Shown in pieces: positions 53,403 through 62,020 of a stretch of 64,000 bases of DNA. Origin of the DNA: a virus. The translations under genes were made by a program, and so were the position numbers. Within the stretch, counting starts at the first letter, position 1, and the number at the start of each line of letters is the position of its first letter. The notes beneath the pieces are model-generated. The model had not been told where the DNA came from and ran no database searches. It saw only the letters and a list, made by a program, of their open reading frames with translations. The stretch covers positions 32,001 to 96,000 of IMG/VR virus record IMGVR_UViG_3300010371_000028. One strand, given 5' to 3'.

Positions 53403-53481
53403 GTGCCCTGCCGGGAATCGAACCCGGGCCCCGACGCCTCCGGAGCGACTGGGTGCGGGCCAGACTGATCCCGCAGCCGCA
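53403..53481 (-). ncRNA. Degenerate tRNA-like cloverleaf (CGG in the anticodon-like loop)
   Basis: Canonical T arm CCGGG-TTCGATT-CCCGG; D-like arm CGGG-ATCAGTCTGG-CCCG; extended anticodon-like arm with loop TCCGGAG; imperfect acceptor TGCGGCTG/CAGGGCA. Confidence 0.45.
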
Positions 53482-53586
53482 TGGAGTGCGTTCGCGACGT
53501 TCGCCAGAACGAGGGCTTGCTGGTGGTGCTGGTTGGTGCCGGGCCCCGTCCGTGGACGGTCGCGCACGGGGCCCGGCGGTCTGTGG

Positions 53587-53817
53587 TTACGCGGCGGCCG
53601 GGACGACCAGGCGACTGCGGATGTACGGGGCGTAGGAGGAGTGGGGAATGCGGTAGCCGCGCCGCGTGCCGATGCGAATGACGCCCTGGATCTCGCCATT
53701 CGCGATGGCGGCGTAGATGGTTGCCGGCTCGACGCGGACCTTCGCCGCGAACTCGCCGACCGTGTAGAAGCCGTCCGTGTCGGACGGCCCTAGTGCCGTG
53801 TTCTCTGCGAGGTCCAT
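53587..53817 (-). CDS. Excisionase-like HTH_17 protein
   Basis: FYTVGEFAAKVRVEPATIYAAI..GEI.G.IRIG...YRIP; probably leaderless from ATG 53817. Confidence 0.8.
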   Translation of the reverse strand: MDLAENTALGPSDTDGFYTVGEFAAKVRVEPATIYAAIANGEIQGVIRIGTRRGYRIPHSSYAPYIRSRLVVPAAA

Positions 53818-53823
53818 GACTTC

Positions 53824-53852
53824 AGTCTGGGCCACATCTTTTACTATGTCAA
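53824..53852 (-). promoter_or_regulatory. Sigma70-type promoter of the early-left operon
   Basis: TTGACA (53852-53847), 17 nt, CAGACT, 6 nt, then ATG 53817. Confidence 0.6.
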
Positions 53853-53856
53853 GCTA

Positions 53857-53870
53857 CCTCTTATAGTAGG
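53857..53870. promoter_or_regulatory. Putative GntR operator
   Basis: CCTCTTATAGTAGG resembles the palindromes at 54714 and 54735. Confidence 0.55.
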
Positions 53871-53885
53871 CTGTAGCTCATGGAA

Positions 53886-53916
53886 ACAGAAGAGCCCCGG
53901 CCGTAGCCGGGGCTCT
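53886..53916 (-). terminator. Intrinsic terminator after the GntR gene
   Basis: 11-bp stem AGAGCCCCGGC/GCCGGGGCTCT, TACG loop, followed by TCTGTTT. Confidence 0.75.
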
Positions 53917-53933
53917 GGGATCAACCGCGCAGG

Positions 53934-54686
53934 TTAGGAGGTGAATGACCATTGCATGACGTACGCCTCCCCGAGCAACACCATGTCGTTGACCTCGACG
54001 ACACGCCCTTCGGCGGTCGCAGCCGTACGCCGGATCGCCGCAACGGGCTGACCCACGTCGAGATGCAGCAGTTTGCGCTCGCCAGGCCGCGGCATCCGCA
54101 CGCGCACCTGCTCAACGAACTTCACCGGCTCATGGCCGAGGTCACGAAGCCGTGCGTACGTCCCACCCGGTCCGGAGTCTGGCCGCTCAATCGGGCTTCC
54201 CGCAACCAAATCGGCCGGAAGGTAGGAGATCGCACTCTGGACGCGACGCCCTTCCACCGCGTAGACACGCTCGCGGGTCAGGACACGCCTCACGCCGAGG
54301 AGAGCCTCGATCTCGGGTGGCGCGTCAATGGTCGAGACCTCAATCGACTCCACCGACATGGGGCGCAAACCCAGGTCGGCCGACCAGATGGCATGGCCGG
54401 CACCCCACTGCTCCGCAGACAGGCGTGTCGTTGCGTCCCGCAGTATCGGCTTGAAGTCGCGCACGAATGCTCCCTTGCCTCGCTCGATCCGAATGAGGCC
54501 CTCGCCGCGCAGGAGGTTCAACGCGGCGCGTGCCGTCGGTTGCGAGTACCCGAACTCACTCACCAGGGCGTTCTCGCCCGGGACCTGGGCGCCGGGTGCG
54601 AGTTCGCCGCTCTCGATCTTCGCGCGCAGGGCTGCCGCAATCTCATCGCGCTTCGACATGCCCGAGTCGCTGGTGTCCTTCGCCAC
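53934..54686 (-). CDS. GntR-family (HutC/UTRA) transcriptional repressor, KorSA/TraR-like
   Basis: IAAALRAKIESGELAPGAQVPGENAL...SQPTARAAL..L..EGLI....GKGAFV plus UTRA domain; GTG 54686 after AAGAGGAG. Confidence 0.92.
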   Translation of the reverse strand: MAKDTSDSGMSKRDEIAAALRAKIESGELAPGAQVPGENALVSEFGYSQPTARAALNLLRGEGLIRIERGKGAFVRDFKPILRDATTRLSAEQWGAGHAIWSADLGLRPMSVESIEVSTIDAPPEIEALLGVRRVLTRERVYAVEGRRVQSAISYLPADLVAGSPIERPDSGPGGTYARLRDLGHEPVKFVEQVRVRMPRPGERKLLHLDVGQPVAAIRRTAATAEGRVVEVNDMVLLGEAYVMQWSFTS

Positions 54687-54713
54687 GGCTCTCCTCTTGC
54701 TGTTTCGCGCCTT

Positions 54714-54748
54714 CCTCTTGTAAGAGGTGGCGAACTTCTTGCTAGAGG
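54714..54748. promoter_or_regulatory. Tandem putative GntR operators
   Basis: CCTCTTGTAAGAGG (54714-54727) and CTTCTTGCTAGAGG (54735-54748) upstream of the GntR start. Confidence 0.6.
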
Positions 54749-54836
54749 TTATCCCCGAACGGCGCCGTACGGCATCTTCGGGCGTCCCTTGCTGCGGCAA
54801 TCGGACGTCTGGAGGACGTTGCTGGGCTCGCGAGAT

Positions 54837-55133
54837 CTATGCCGCGCGCGGGTGTCCGTGATCGTCCGCAACGTGCGCCGCCAAGTCGGCCTTGACGTTC
54901 TGCACGACCTGCTGCACGTCGCCGATCCTCGACGTCAAGCGCGCCTCGGCCTGTACGAGGTCCGACCGGACGCCAGCGACATCGGCCTTCACGCCGGAGA
55001 TCTCGGTAGCCAGGTGCGCGAACGACGTGGTCATGGCCTCAGCGAGCGCCTGCTGACCTTCGGCAAGCCGCTGGATCGCAGCCATGATCTGGTAGTTCGA
55101 GGGCTCGGGCTCGAAGCCGGGCACGTCCGTCAT
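54837..55133 (-). CDS. Small coiled-coil protein
   Basis: MTDVPGFEPEPSNYQIMAAIQRL...heptads. Confidence 0.65.
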   Translation of the reverse strand: MTDVPGFEPEPSNYQIMAAIQRLAEGQQALAEAMTTSFAHLATEISGVKADVAGVRSDLVQAEARLTSRIGDVQQVVQNVKADLAAHVADDHGHPRAA

Positions 55134-55198
55134 GTCACCAAGGTACCCGCTGACGCTGATCGACAGCAGGAGTACGCCACCATGCGCCTGCACCGGGA

Positions 55199-56206
55199 GT
55201 GCCCGTGATCGAGGTGCGGCGTATGCCGCGCAACACCACGGCCGGGTTCGAGCGGATCCCCAACCGGGCGATTCGCAGCGTGGAGTTGTCGCTCTCCGCC
55301 GTCGGACTGCTCGCGCGGCTGCTGGCCGACGGGGAGCAGTACGACTCCATCGACGACATTGCCGCGGCCTACAACCCTGCCGCGCCCGGTCAGAAAACTC
55401 CGTACGGCTTTGGCCGAGACGTCTACCGGAAGGCCGCCCTCGAGCTCGAGGCCGCCGGCTACCTGGTTCGCACCGAGGAAAAGGGCGCTGGTAACCGCAC
55501 GCGGTCGCTGGCCAGGGCGATTCCTGAAAAGACGCAGATCGGAGCCGCGACGGACAGTCCGTCGCGGGAACGACGTGGGCAAACGGGTATCGGCGCAGAT
55601 CAGGCCCGGGACGGACAGTCCGTCGCGGGGATGACCTGGGAAAACGAGGCATACGAGCACGTCGAGCCCAGGACGGACAGTCCGTCCCGGCGCTCACCTG
55701 CGGAAACGACCCTTCCTGCACGTCAGTCCCGCGACGGACAGTCCGTCGCGGACTATATACAGACCTCTTTTCAGACCTCAGACCTCCTCCTCCACAGCGG
55801 CGACCAGGACAGCAACGTTCAGATCGGCAAGGAACAGGAGGAGGTGGACGGCGGTGCGTTCCAACCTCACCCCGACGCGCTCGCCGTCATCGCCGCCGTC
55901 GACCTCGGCGGCAAGCCGCTCGTCCCGAAGTCCCGCGATGAAGCCGAACTCACCCTGACGGCAAAGCTCGCCGAGGGCTGGACCGTGGCCGCCCTGACGC
56001 ACGCCTTCGAGGGCTGCACCGAAGGCGCCAGAAACCCGCCCGGCGCGTTCATGAGCCGCGTACGCGGACTTGGACCGCCCCCGCGCCCCGCAACCACCCG
56101 CGCTTCGCCGCGATGCCCCGAATGCAACGGCAGCGGCCTAATCGAAAACGACCTCGGCGACCCCGCCCCCTGCCCCACCTGCAAAACACCAAGGAGCAAC
56201 CCGTGA
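55199..56206 (+). CDS. Phage replication initiator-like protein
   Basis: GFERIPN..IRSVELSLSAVGLLARL N-terminus, internal iterons, C-terminal CPEC...CPTC; GTGA-coupled to DnaB; start uncertain (possibly ATG 55223). Confidence 0.75.
   Translation: MPVIEVRRMPRNTTAGFERIPNRAIRSVELSLSAVGLLARLLADGEQYDSIDDIAAAYNPAAPGQKTPYGFGRDVYRKAALELEAAGYLVRTEEKGAGNRTRSLARAIPEKTQIGAATDSPSRERRGQTGIGADQARDGQSVAGMTWENEAYEHVEPRTDSPSRRSPAETTLPARQSRDGQSVADYIQTSFQTSDLLLHSGDQDSNVQIGKEQEEVDGGAFQPHPDALAVIAAVDLGGKPLVPKSRDEAELTLTAKLAEGWTVAALTHAFEGCTEGARNPPGAFMSRVRGLGPPPRPATTRASPRCPECNGSGLIENDLGDPAPCPTCKTPRSNP
55549..55747. repeat. Four palindromic iterons GACGGAC-A-GTCCGTC (putative origin)
   Basis: Copies at 55549, 55610, 55672 and 55733; spacing 61, 62, 61 bp. 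Confidence 0.85.
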
Positions 56207-57522
56207 ACGACCGCACTCCCCCGCACGACGAACACGCCGAGATGGCCGTTCTCGGCGGCATGCTCATGTCCCGCACCGCGATCGAGGAAGTCACCGGGAT
56301 GCTCGCCGCATCCTCGTTCTACCTGCCCAAGCACGAACACGTCTACGACGCGATCACCGCCGTCGAGTCCCGGGACGAACCCGTGGACGCCGTCACCGTC
56401 GCCGCGGAACTCACCCGCCGCGGCGAACTCGCCAAGATCGGCGGGCCCGTCTACCTGCACGACCTCATGGGGTCCGTCCCCACCGCGGCCAATGCCGGCT
56501 ACTACGCCGAGATCGTCCGCGAGCACGCCGTACGCCGACGCCTCATCGAGATCGGCACCCGGTACGTCCAGATGGGCTACGACACCACCGACCACGCCGA
56601 CATCCCCGAAATGATCGACCGGGCGCAGGCCATGGCCATGACACTCGAGCACATCGACTACGAAGAAGAAGACCTCCTCCTCGCTGACGCCTACGTCGAA
56701 GTCCTCGAATCCGTCGAACACGGCACCTCGCAAGGACTGCCCACCGGGCTGCGCGACTTCGACGCGTTGACCGGCGGACTGCACCCGGGACAACTCATCG
56801 TCGTCGCAGCCCGCCCCGCCCTCGGCAAATCGGTCCTCGCCGAGAACTGGGTGCGCCACACCGCGATCGCCACCGGCCGCCCGGCCGCGATGTTCTCCCT
56901 CGAGATGTCCCGCTTCGAAGTCGCCAAGCGCGCCATCGCCGCCGAAGCCGCCGTCCCCCTCCACCACCTCGCCCACGGGCGCATGGAGGAATCCGACTGG
57001 GACCGGGTCAAGCAGCGCACCCACACCATCCCCGCCGCGCCCCTGTACGTGGACGAGAACCCCACCCTCACGATCACCTCGATCCGCTCCAAGGCGCGCC
57101 GGCTGCGCCGCAAGCACGGCATCGAACTCCTCGCCGTCGACTACCTCCAACTCATGGAGGGCGAGGCCAAGCGGCGCGGTGGCGAGAACCGGCAGCAGGA
57201 CGTCTCCGCGATCTCCCGCGGCCTGAAGCTGCTCGCCAAGGAACTGCAGATCCCCGTCATTGCCGTCGCGCAGCTCAACCGGGGGCCCGAGTCCCGAGCG
57301 GACAAGAAGCCCGCCATGAGCGACCTGCGCGAATCCGGCTCCATCGAGCAGGACGCGGACACCGTCGTCCTGATCCACCGGGAAGACGCCTACGAGAAGG
57401 AAGGACCGCGAGCAGGCGAAGCAGACCTCATCGTTGCCAAACACCGAGGCGGCCCGACCGCAACGCTGACCGTCGCGTTCCAGGGGCACTACGCCAGATT
57501 CAAGGACATGGGGCGCGGCTGA
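56203..57522 (+). CDS. dnaB: Replicative DNA helicase
   Basis: PPHDEHAEMAVLG, AARPALGKS, FSLEM, VDYLQL, QLNRG, SDLRESGSIEQDAD, VAKHRGG. Confidence 0.97.
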   Translation: MNDRTPPHDEHAEMAVLGGMLMSRTAIEEVTGMLAASSFYLPKHEHVYDAITAVESRDEPVDAVTVAAELTRRGELAKIGGPVYLHDLMGSVPTAANAGYYAEIVREHAVRRRLIEIGTRYVQMGYDTTDHADIPEMIDRAQAMAMTLEHIDYEEEDLLLADAYVEVLESVEHGTSQGLPTGLRDFDALTGGLHPGQLIVVAARPALGKSVLAENWVRHTAIATGRPAAMFSLEMSRFEVAKRAIAAEAAVPLHHLAHGRMEESDWDRVKQRTHTIPAAPLYVDENPTLTITSIRSKARRLRRKHGIELLAVDYLQLMEGEAKRRGGENRQQDVSAISRGLKLLAKELQIPVIAVAQLNRGPESRADKKPAMSDLRESGSIEQDADTVVLIHREDAYEKEGPRAGEADLIVAKHRGGPTATLTVAFQGHYARFKDMGRG

Positions 57523-57572
57523 TTCCCGCCGAACCACCACGTCAGAACCCCGATCCGAAGGAGTATCCGAAC

Positions 57573-57623
57573 ATGACCGACACGATCCCGTACATGCACT
57601 GGGCAGAGGACGGCCCGCAGTGA
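57573..57623 (+). CDS. 16-aa peptide MTDTIPYMHWAEDGPQ
   Basis: AAGGAG RBS; GTGA overlap with the next gene. Confidence 0.45.
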   Translation: MTDTIPYMHWAEDGPQ

Positions 57624-58042
57624 TCGCCCGACGAATCCCGGCCGCGCTCCTCGCCGCCGCGCTCACCTGCCCCCTGCTCGCGGCCTGCGGGCCCACCGGC
57701 TACGGCACGGACTGCGGAATGGCCAGCGAGAGCCTCACGATCGACACGCACGTCATGGTTGGGCGCGCCACCGCGACCTGTTCCCCGCCACCCGAGACGC
57801 ACCTGTTCACCCTGCAACTCGTCTACGTTCTGGGCGCCGAATCCGAGATCGAAGCCACCCGGCAGAGTGACGCACTACCGGGCCCTACCGGCGTTACGCT
57901 GACGGTGCGGCACCTATGCCTGCCGGGCACCTGGATCCTGCGGATATCCGCAGCCGGGCGGTCTTCGGACGGCACGCCCTACAGCTTCTCCGAATCGAAG
58001 ACGTACGCGGGAGTGAGCGTCGATGAGTGTAAGAACCGCTAG
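57620..58042 (+). CDS. Putative lipoprotein
   Basis: Basic N-terminus, hydrophobic stretch, lipobox-like LLAAC. Confidence 0.7.
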   Translation: MIARRIPAALLAAALTCPLLAACGPTGYGTDCGMASESLTIDTHVMVGRATATCSPPPETHLFTLQLVYVLGAESEIEATRQSDALPGPTGVTLTVRHLCLPGTWILRISAAGRSSDGTPYSFSESKTYAGVSVDECKNR

Positions 58043-58418
58043 GTATGTCGCCATCATCGCGCCCGATGCCGGCGACCCGGGGACGCTGCGCTACGACATC
58101 CGCCGCCTCGTGCCCGCACGGGAAGCCGAGGTCCTGCTGGGTCCGCTCGCGCGCCGTGGCGCGGCACAGTTCCCGGACGGCCGCGACCTGCCGATGCCGT
58201 TCGCGGATCTCACCACTCCCCCATGCGACCGCGCCATCGCCAGGCGGATCGCCATGGAGTGGATCGGCGCGCACGACCCGGGCGCGTTCCACCTCGAGGT
58301 CGACTGGCACGACGAACCGATCGTCCCGACCCGTGAGTCCGCGGGCGTGGGCGGGCGCTACGCCGAGCGCGGACGCGGGAGCCTGTGGCGCCGCTGGCTC
58401 GCCGGCCTCACGAGCTAG
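58023..58418 (+). CDS. Hypothetical protein
   Basis: Natural composition; overlaps the end of the lipoprotein gene. Confidence 0.55.
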   Translation: MSVRTARYVAIIAPDAGDPGTLRYDIRRLVPAREAEVLLGPLARRGAAQFPDGRDLPMPFADLTTPPCDRAIARRIAMEWIGAHDPGAFHLEVDWHDEPIVPTRESAGVGGRYAERGRGSLWRRWLAGLTS

Positions 58419-58445
58419 GCACGAAGGGAAACCCGCGGCGGCGCG

Positions 58446-58814
58446 CTACAGGTCCAGCAGCCTGCGCCCGATCTCCACGGCGGCCGTGAGCGCACCGGAC
58501 TCCACATCGGCACGCAACCGTTCGGAACGCTCCTGGCTGATCCTGCCCGCCGGATGCCCGTTCGCCAGCAGCACGACCCGCGCCGCCTCGAGTGCGTACG
58601 CCCACGAGTCCGCGCCGTACGGGCGCGTCATGAGTACCAGCTTGTACAGGAGCCCGGCCGCGTACACGGTCGTCGGCTCTTCTGTATCGGCGACCGCGCC
58701 AGCGAGGTGCGCGAGGATCCCCTCTGGTTCGGGCCCGGCCTTCACCCCGAGGTTGCGGGCGATTGCCTCGAGTTCCCTTGCGGAGGGCAGCCAGCGTGCG
58801 GGTCGGTCAGGCAC
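58446..58814 (-). CDS. Degenerate Doc/Fic-like protein
   Basis: YAAGLLYKLV..RPYGADSWAYA....V.L.ANG pattern aligns with Doc, but the HPFxDGNxR motif is altered. Confidence 0.5.
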   Translation of the reverse strand: MPDRPARWLPSARELEAIARNLGVKAGPEPEGILAHLAGAVADTEEPTTVYAAGLLYKLVLMTRPYGADSWAYALEAARVVLLANGHPAGRISQERSERLRADVESGALTAAVEIGRRLLDL

Positions 58815-59016
58815 CGTGGAAGCCGGAGGCTTCGAGGACGGGCCGGTCGATCTCGACGACGATCCGGGAGACGACGTCGGCGAGCTGGTCCGGGTGGTTG
58901 CGGCGGACGTGGTCGATCGCGGCCTCGGTCAGCGCAGCCTGGAGGGCGGAGCGCCCGTCCTGGTCCTGGGCGACCTCGGCGACGAGCGCGGGGACGTCGA
59001 AAGTCACGGCGGTCAT
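58807..59016 (-). CDS. Small antitoxin-like partner
   Basis: 69 aa, overlaps the Doc-like gene; bicistron antisense to the operon. Confidence 0.5.
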   Translation of the reverse strand: MTAVTFDVPALVAEVAQDQDGRSALQAALTEAAIDHVRRNHPDQLADVVSRIVVEIDRPVLEASGFHGA

Positions 59017-59149
59017 GTCCACAACGTACCCGCCATACGCCGCCGCGGACACGCAGGCGGACCCGACTGTTACCGAAACGGACGCTGGCGCAGGTCCGGC
59101 GAATGAGAAGAAACCGCACGTCAAAGCCTATTTTCTGGGAGGATTAGCT

Positions 59150-59425
59150 ATGCCTGAGTTTGCCGTTGCGCCACCCGAACCGGCCGTGGTCGACCGCATC
59201 GCGCGTGCGGCGATCGAGAACGCGATCTGGCTGCTGAAGGAACTCCCGCTCGACCTCACCGGCCCGCTCAAGGCCGAGATCGCCGAGCATGGACGTCCCG
59301 CCTGTGATCCGCACGCGCTGATGGGCGCCGTCTGGCAGCGCATCAAGAACTCCGAGATCACTTACCGGCTTCCGGCGCAGACCGGCGAGGCCGAGCCGTG
59401 CGCTGGGACGGGGGCCAAGCCGTGA
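59150..59425 (+). CDS. Hypothetical protein
   Basis: GGGAGG RBS. Confidence 0.65.
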   Translation: MPEFAVAPPEPAVVDRIARAAIENAIWLLKELPLDLTGPLKAEIAEHGRPACDPHALMGAVWQRIKNSEITYRLPAQTGEAEPCAGTGAKP

Positions 59426-59706
59426 CCGAGCAGATCCCTCTGACGCTGGTCGTCAGCCCCGACCAGCCCGCCGTGGAAACCACGGTCTCGCCCGCGTGGC
59501 TCTACGAGCACTACCGGCTCACGATCCTCGCGGCGGAAGGCTCGTATCCCGACAAGATCCGTCGCGTGCAGGCCGGCGTGGCGCTTGCCCGGGAGCGTGG
59601 CGAGTTCACCCCGGCCCAGTGTGATGACCTTGACCGGCTCGCGGCCAGGGCGCTCCACGCGACGCTGCACCCGGAGGAGGTGCGGAACGATGACGGCGAC
59701 TGGTGA
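59422..59706 (+). CDS. Hypothetical protein
   Basis: GTGA overlap. Confidence 0.6.
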   Translation: MTEQIPLTLVVSPDQPAVETTVSPAWLYEHYRLTILAAEGSYPDKIRRVQAGVALARERGEFTPAQCDDLDRLAARALHATLHPEEVRNDDGDW

Positions 59707-60022
59707 GGTTGTCGGCACCCGCTACCGCCTCCGTCAGTCCGAGGTTGAGGCCGTGCGCCTGTCCGATGCGACGTTCGGCCGGCTCATCCGCGCGATCCCG
59801 CTCGAGTGGTTCTACGGGGCGCACAACGGCGACGGCAGCGAGCCGATGCAGATCCTGATCCGGATCTACCCGGGCGCGTCCGACTGCGTGAAGGCCGTCG
59901 AGGGCGACTGGGTCACCCGCGACGCCCACCGGGAGTGGTGGAGCGCCTATTCGCCCGAGGAGTTCGCCGAACGGTACGCGGTCGTCCTGCTCGACGCCGA
60001 CGGGGTCGAGGTGGAGTCGTGA
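59690..60022 (+). CDS. Conserved phage protein (R....VEAV....GDWV....FAERY family)
   Basis: GGAGG RBS; RYRLRQSEVEAVRL...AVEGDWV...PEEFAERY. Confidence 0.7.
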   Translation: MTATGEVVGTRYRLRQSEVEAVRLSDATFGRLIRAIPLEWFYGAHNGDGSEPMQILIRIYPGASDCVKAVEGDWVTRDAHREWWSAYSPEEFAERYAVVLLDADGVEVES

Positions 60023-60264
60023 CCGCGCTCCGCTTCGAGGACGCCGACGTCGACGAACTGCGCCGCCGTATCGACGGCGCGCTCATGGACCTGCACTTCC
60101 TGCGTGGCCTGGTCTGTGACCGGCCGTATGACGTTGCCCGGGTCACGGCCGCAATCGAGACGCTGAAGAACGGTGCGCCGGGGATCGAAGCTGGCGACGC
60201 CGCGGCGGCCGTTGTCGCATGGAAGGCCGCGCACCCCGACGACGAGGAAGGCGGCACGCGATGA
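60019..60264 (+). CDS. Hypothetical protein
   Basis: GTGA and ATGA overlaps. Confidence 0.6.
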   Translation: MTALRFEDADVDELRRRIDGALMDLHFLRGLVCDRPYDVARVTAAIETLKNGAPGIEAGDAAAAVVAWKAAHPDDEEGGTR

Positions 60265-60812
60265 CCGACATCGCGCAGTTCCCGACCGGCAGGACCGCCT
60301 CAGGCCGCCGCTGGGGCAAAGCAGGGGTCCGGCCGAGTCCCGACGAGATCGAGGCCGCCGAGCGGGACCGGCGCGCGCGCAACACGGCCCACTGGCGGGC
60401 CCTGACCGACGCGCACGCGGCCTGGGAAGCCGGCCGGGTCGTCCCCTGGCTCATCACGATCGCGCTCGACGCCAAGCGCCTGTACGGGCCCGAAGTCGAC
60501 GAGGCCTGCGGCGTCGCGGAACCAGGTGTGGACATGTGGGAGGAAGGAACCCTCTACCCGACCTTCGAGCAGCTCTGCGCGCTGGCCAAGCTGACCGGGA
60601 AGACGCCCGGGTACTTCATGAACCGCAAGGGTGTCGTCGGCTTCAAGCCGTCCGACACGACGATGCGGTTCCACGTCCGCGTGGACGACGAGAAGGAACC
60701 GGTGATGGCGTTCAAGCCCGAAGCGATTGCCGCAGCGGTCGCGGGCGACGGGGCATGCCCGACGTGCTGGGTGACCGGGCGGACCCGCGAGGCGGAAGGC
60801 GGCACGTCATGA
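60261..60812 (+). CDS. XRE-like HTH protein
   Basis: VDMWEEGTLYPTFEQLCALAKLTG.....F. Confidence 0.65.
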   Translation: MTDIAQFPTGRTASGRRWGKAGVRPSPDEIEAAERDRRARNTAHWRALTDAHAAWEAGRVVPWLITIALDAKRLYGPEVDEACGVAEPGVDMWEEGTLYPTFEQLCALAKLTGKTPGYFMNRKGVVGFKPSDTTMRFHVRVDDEKEPVMAFKPEAIAAAVAGDGACPTCWVTGRTREAEGGTS

Positions 60813-61651
60813 CCACCTATCAGGTCGCGGGCTGGACGCCGCTCGAAGCCCACCTGCCGGCCGAGCTCGGCCGGATCCCGATGGGGTCGCTCATCGCGTT
60901 CGACTACAAGCCCTACCGGCTCATCGAGGTCCGTGAGCGGCCGTTCGACTTGTGGCCCGAGAACATCCAGGCCGAGTACGCCCGGATGGGCGGCAGGGAC
61001 CCGGAGACGTGGTGGGCGCGCGTCCAGTCCATCCGGCTCCAGCCCGACGGGCAGGCATCGGGCGCGAAGGACCGCAGCCGGCTCGTACGGGCCTGCTACA
61101 GCTTCCACGTCCTGCCGGAGCACTACGCGGTCTGCCACCGCTGCGGGGACCTCCCGCCGTGCCGCGAGAGGGTCATGGACCGGCAGGTCGCCGAAGCGAC
61201 CGCCGTGATGGAGCAGGCGATGGCGATCCGGCCCGGGGACTGTCACGCCTGCGGGAAGCCCGTCAATGCCCGCCACAAGGCCATCGTCTTTCCCGGACCG
61301 AACCTGATCCGCCCGGACCTGCCTGACGGCACCGTGGTCTTCCACGGCCGCCACGGCGAGTGCGTCAACCGCGCCTACCGCTACGACGAGCAGTGGGCTG
61401 CGGCGAAGGCCGGCCGACGCCGCCGGTTCGAGTGCGCCGGACGGCAGGTGCAGCACGCCGACGGGACGCTCGAATGCACCGAGGGCGCCGGATGCCCGGA
61501 AGCGAACGGGCCTACCGGCTGGACTGTGCACCACCAGGCGTATACCTGGCACCGGCCCGGCATAGCGACCGGCGACGGCGCATGCTGGTGCACGACGGGC
61601 GACCTGACTGCGCGGATCGAGCAGCAGATGCGGGACGGGAAGACGATATGA
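60809..61651 (+). CDS. Multi-Zn-finger hypothetical protein
   Basis: ATGA overlap; CHRC, CHAC and several C/H clusters. Confidence 0.7.
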   Translation: MTTYQVAGWTPLEAHLPAELGRIPMGSLIAFDYKPYRLIEVRERPFDLWPENIQAEYARMGGRDPETWWARVQSIRLQPDGQASGAKDRSRLVRACYSFHVLPEHYAVCHRCGDLPPCRERVMDRQVAEATAVMEQAMAIRPGDCHACGKPVNARHKAIVFPGPNLIRPDLPDGTVVFHGRHGECVNRAYRYDEQWAAAKAGRRRRFECAGRQVQHADGTLECTEGAGCPEANGPTGWTVHHQAYTWHRPGIATGDGACWCTTGDLTARIEQQMRDGKTI

Positions 61652-61758
61652 GCGGCGCGGGATCGGCCGGGACGCCCCACGCGCCCCGGCCACCGTCCCC
61701 ACTACGTCTATGTCGAGACTGACCAACGGCGTGCCCGCGCTCACCGCCCGTTACTGGC

Positions 61759-61944
61759 CTATTCCTCTGGGATCTCGTCGAGCGCCCGCATCTGGGCCTC
61801 GAACTCAGCCCGGAGCGCAAGCGCCCGCTTCCTGAGCCGCCGGCTACGCCCGTCGACCCGCAACTCGACACGCATGCCGTCCATCATCGCCCTCGCCCGG
61901 ACCATCCACGCCTCGATCGCGTCGAGCTTCGCCTCGTCGTCCAT
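61759..61944 (-). CDS. Small helical protein
   Basis: GGGAGG RBS. Confidence 0.55.
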   Translation of the reverse strand: MDDEAKLDAIEAWMVRARAMMDGMRVELRVDGRSRRLRKRALALRAEFEAQMRALDEIPEE

Positions 61945-62020
61945 ACAGCCCCTCCCGTTCCCCTGGGAAGGGTGAGGCTAGTCCGGCATGGCGAGGCTGG
62001 CTAGGCCTGTGCTGTTCGCG

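Noticed and set aside
53316-53699. 127-aa ORF spanning the xis downstream gap
   Set aside because: Overlaps the xis-like gene out of frame, low-complexity translation; the region is better explained as structured RNA
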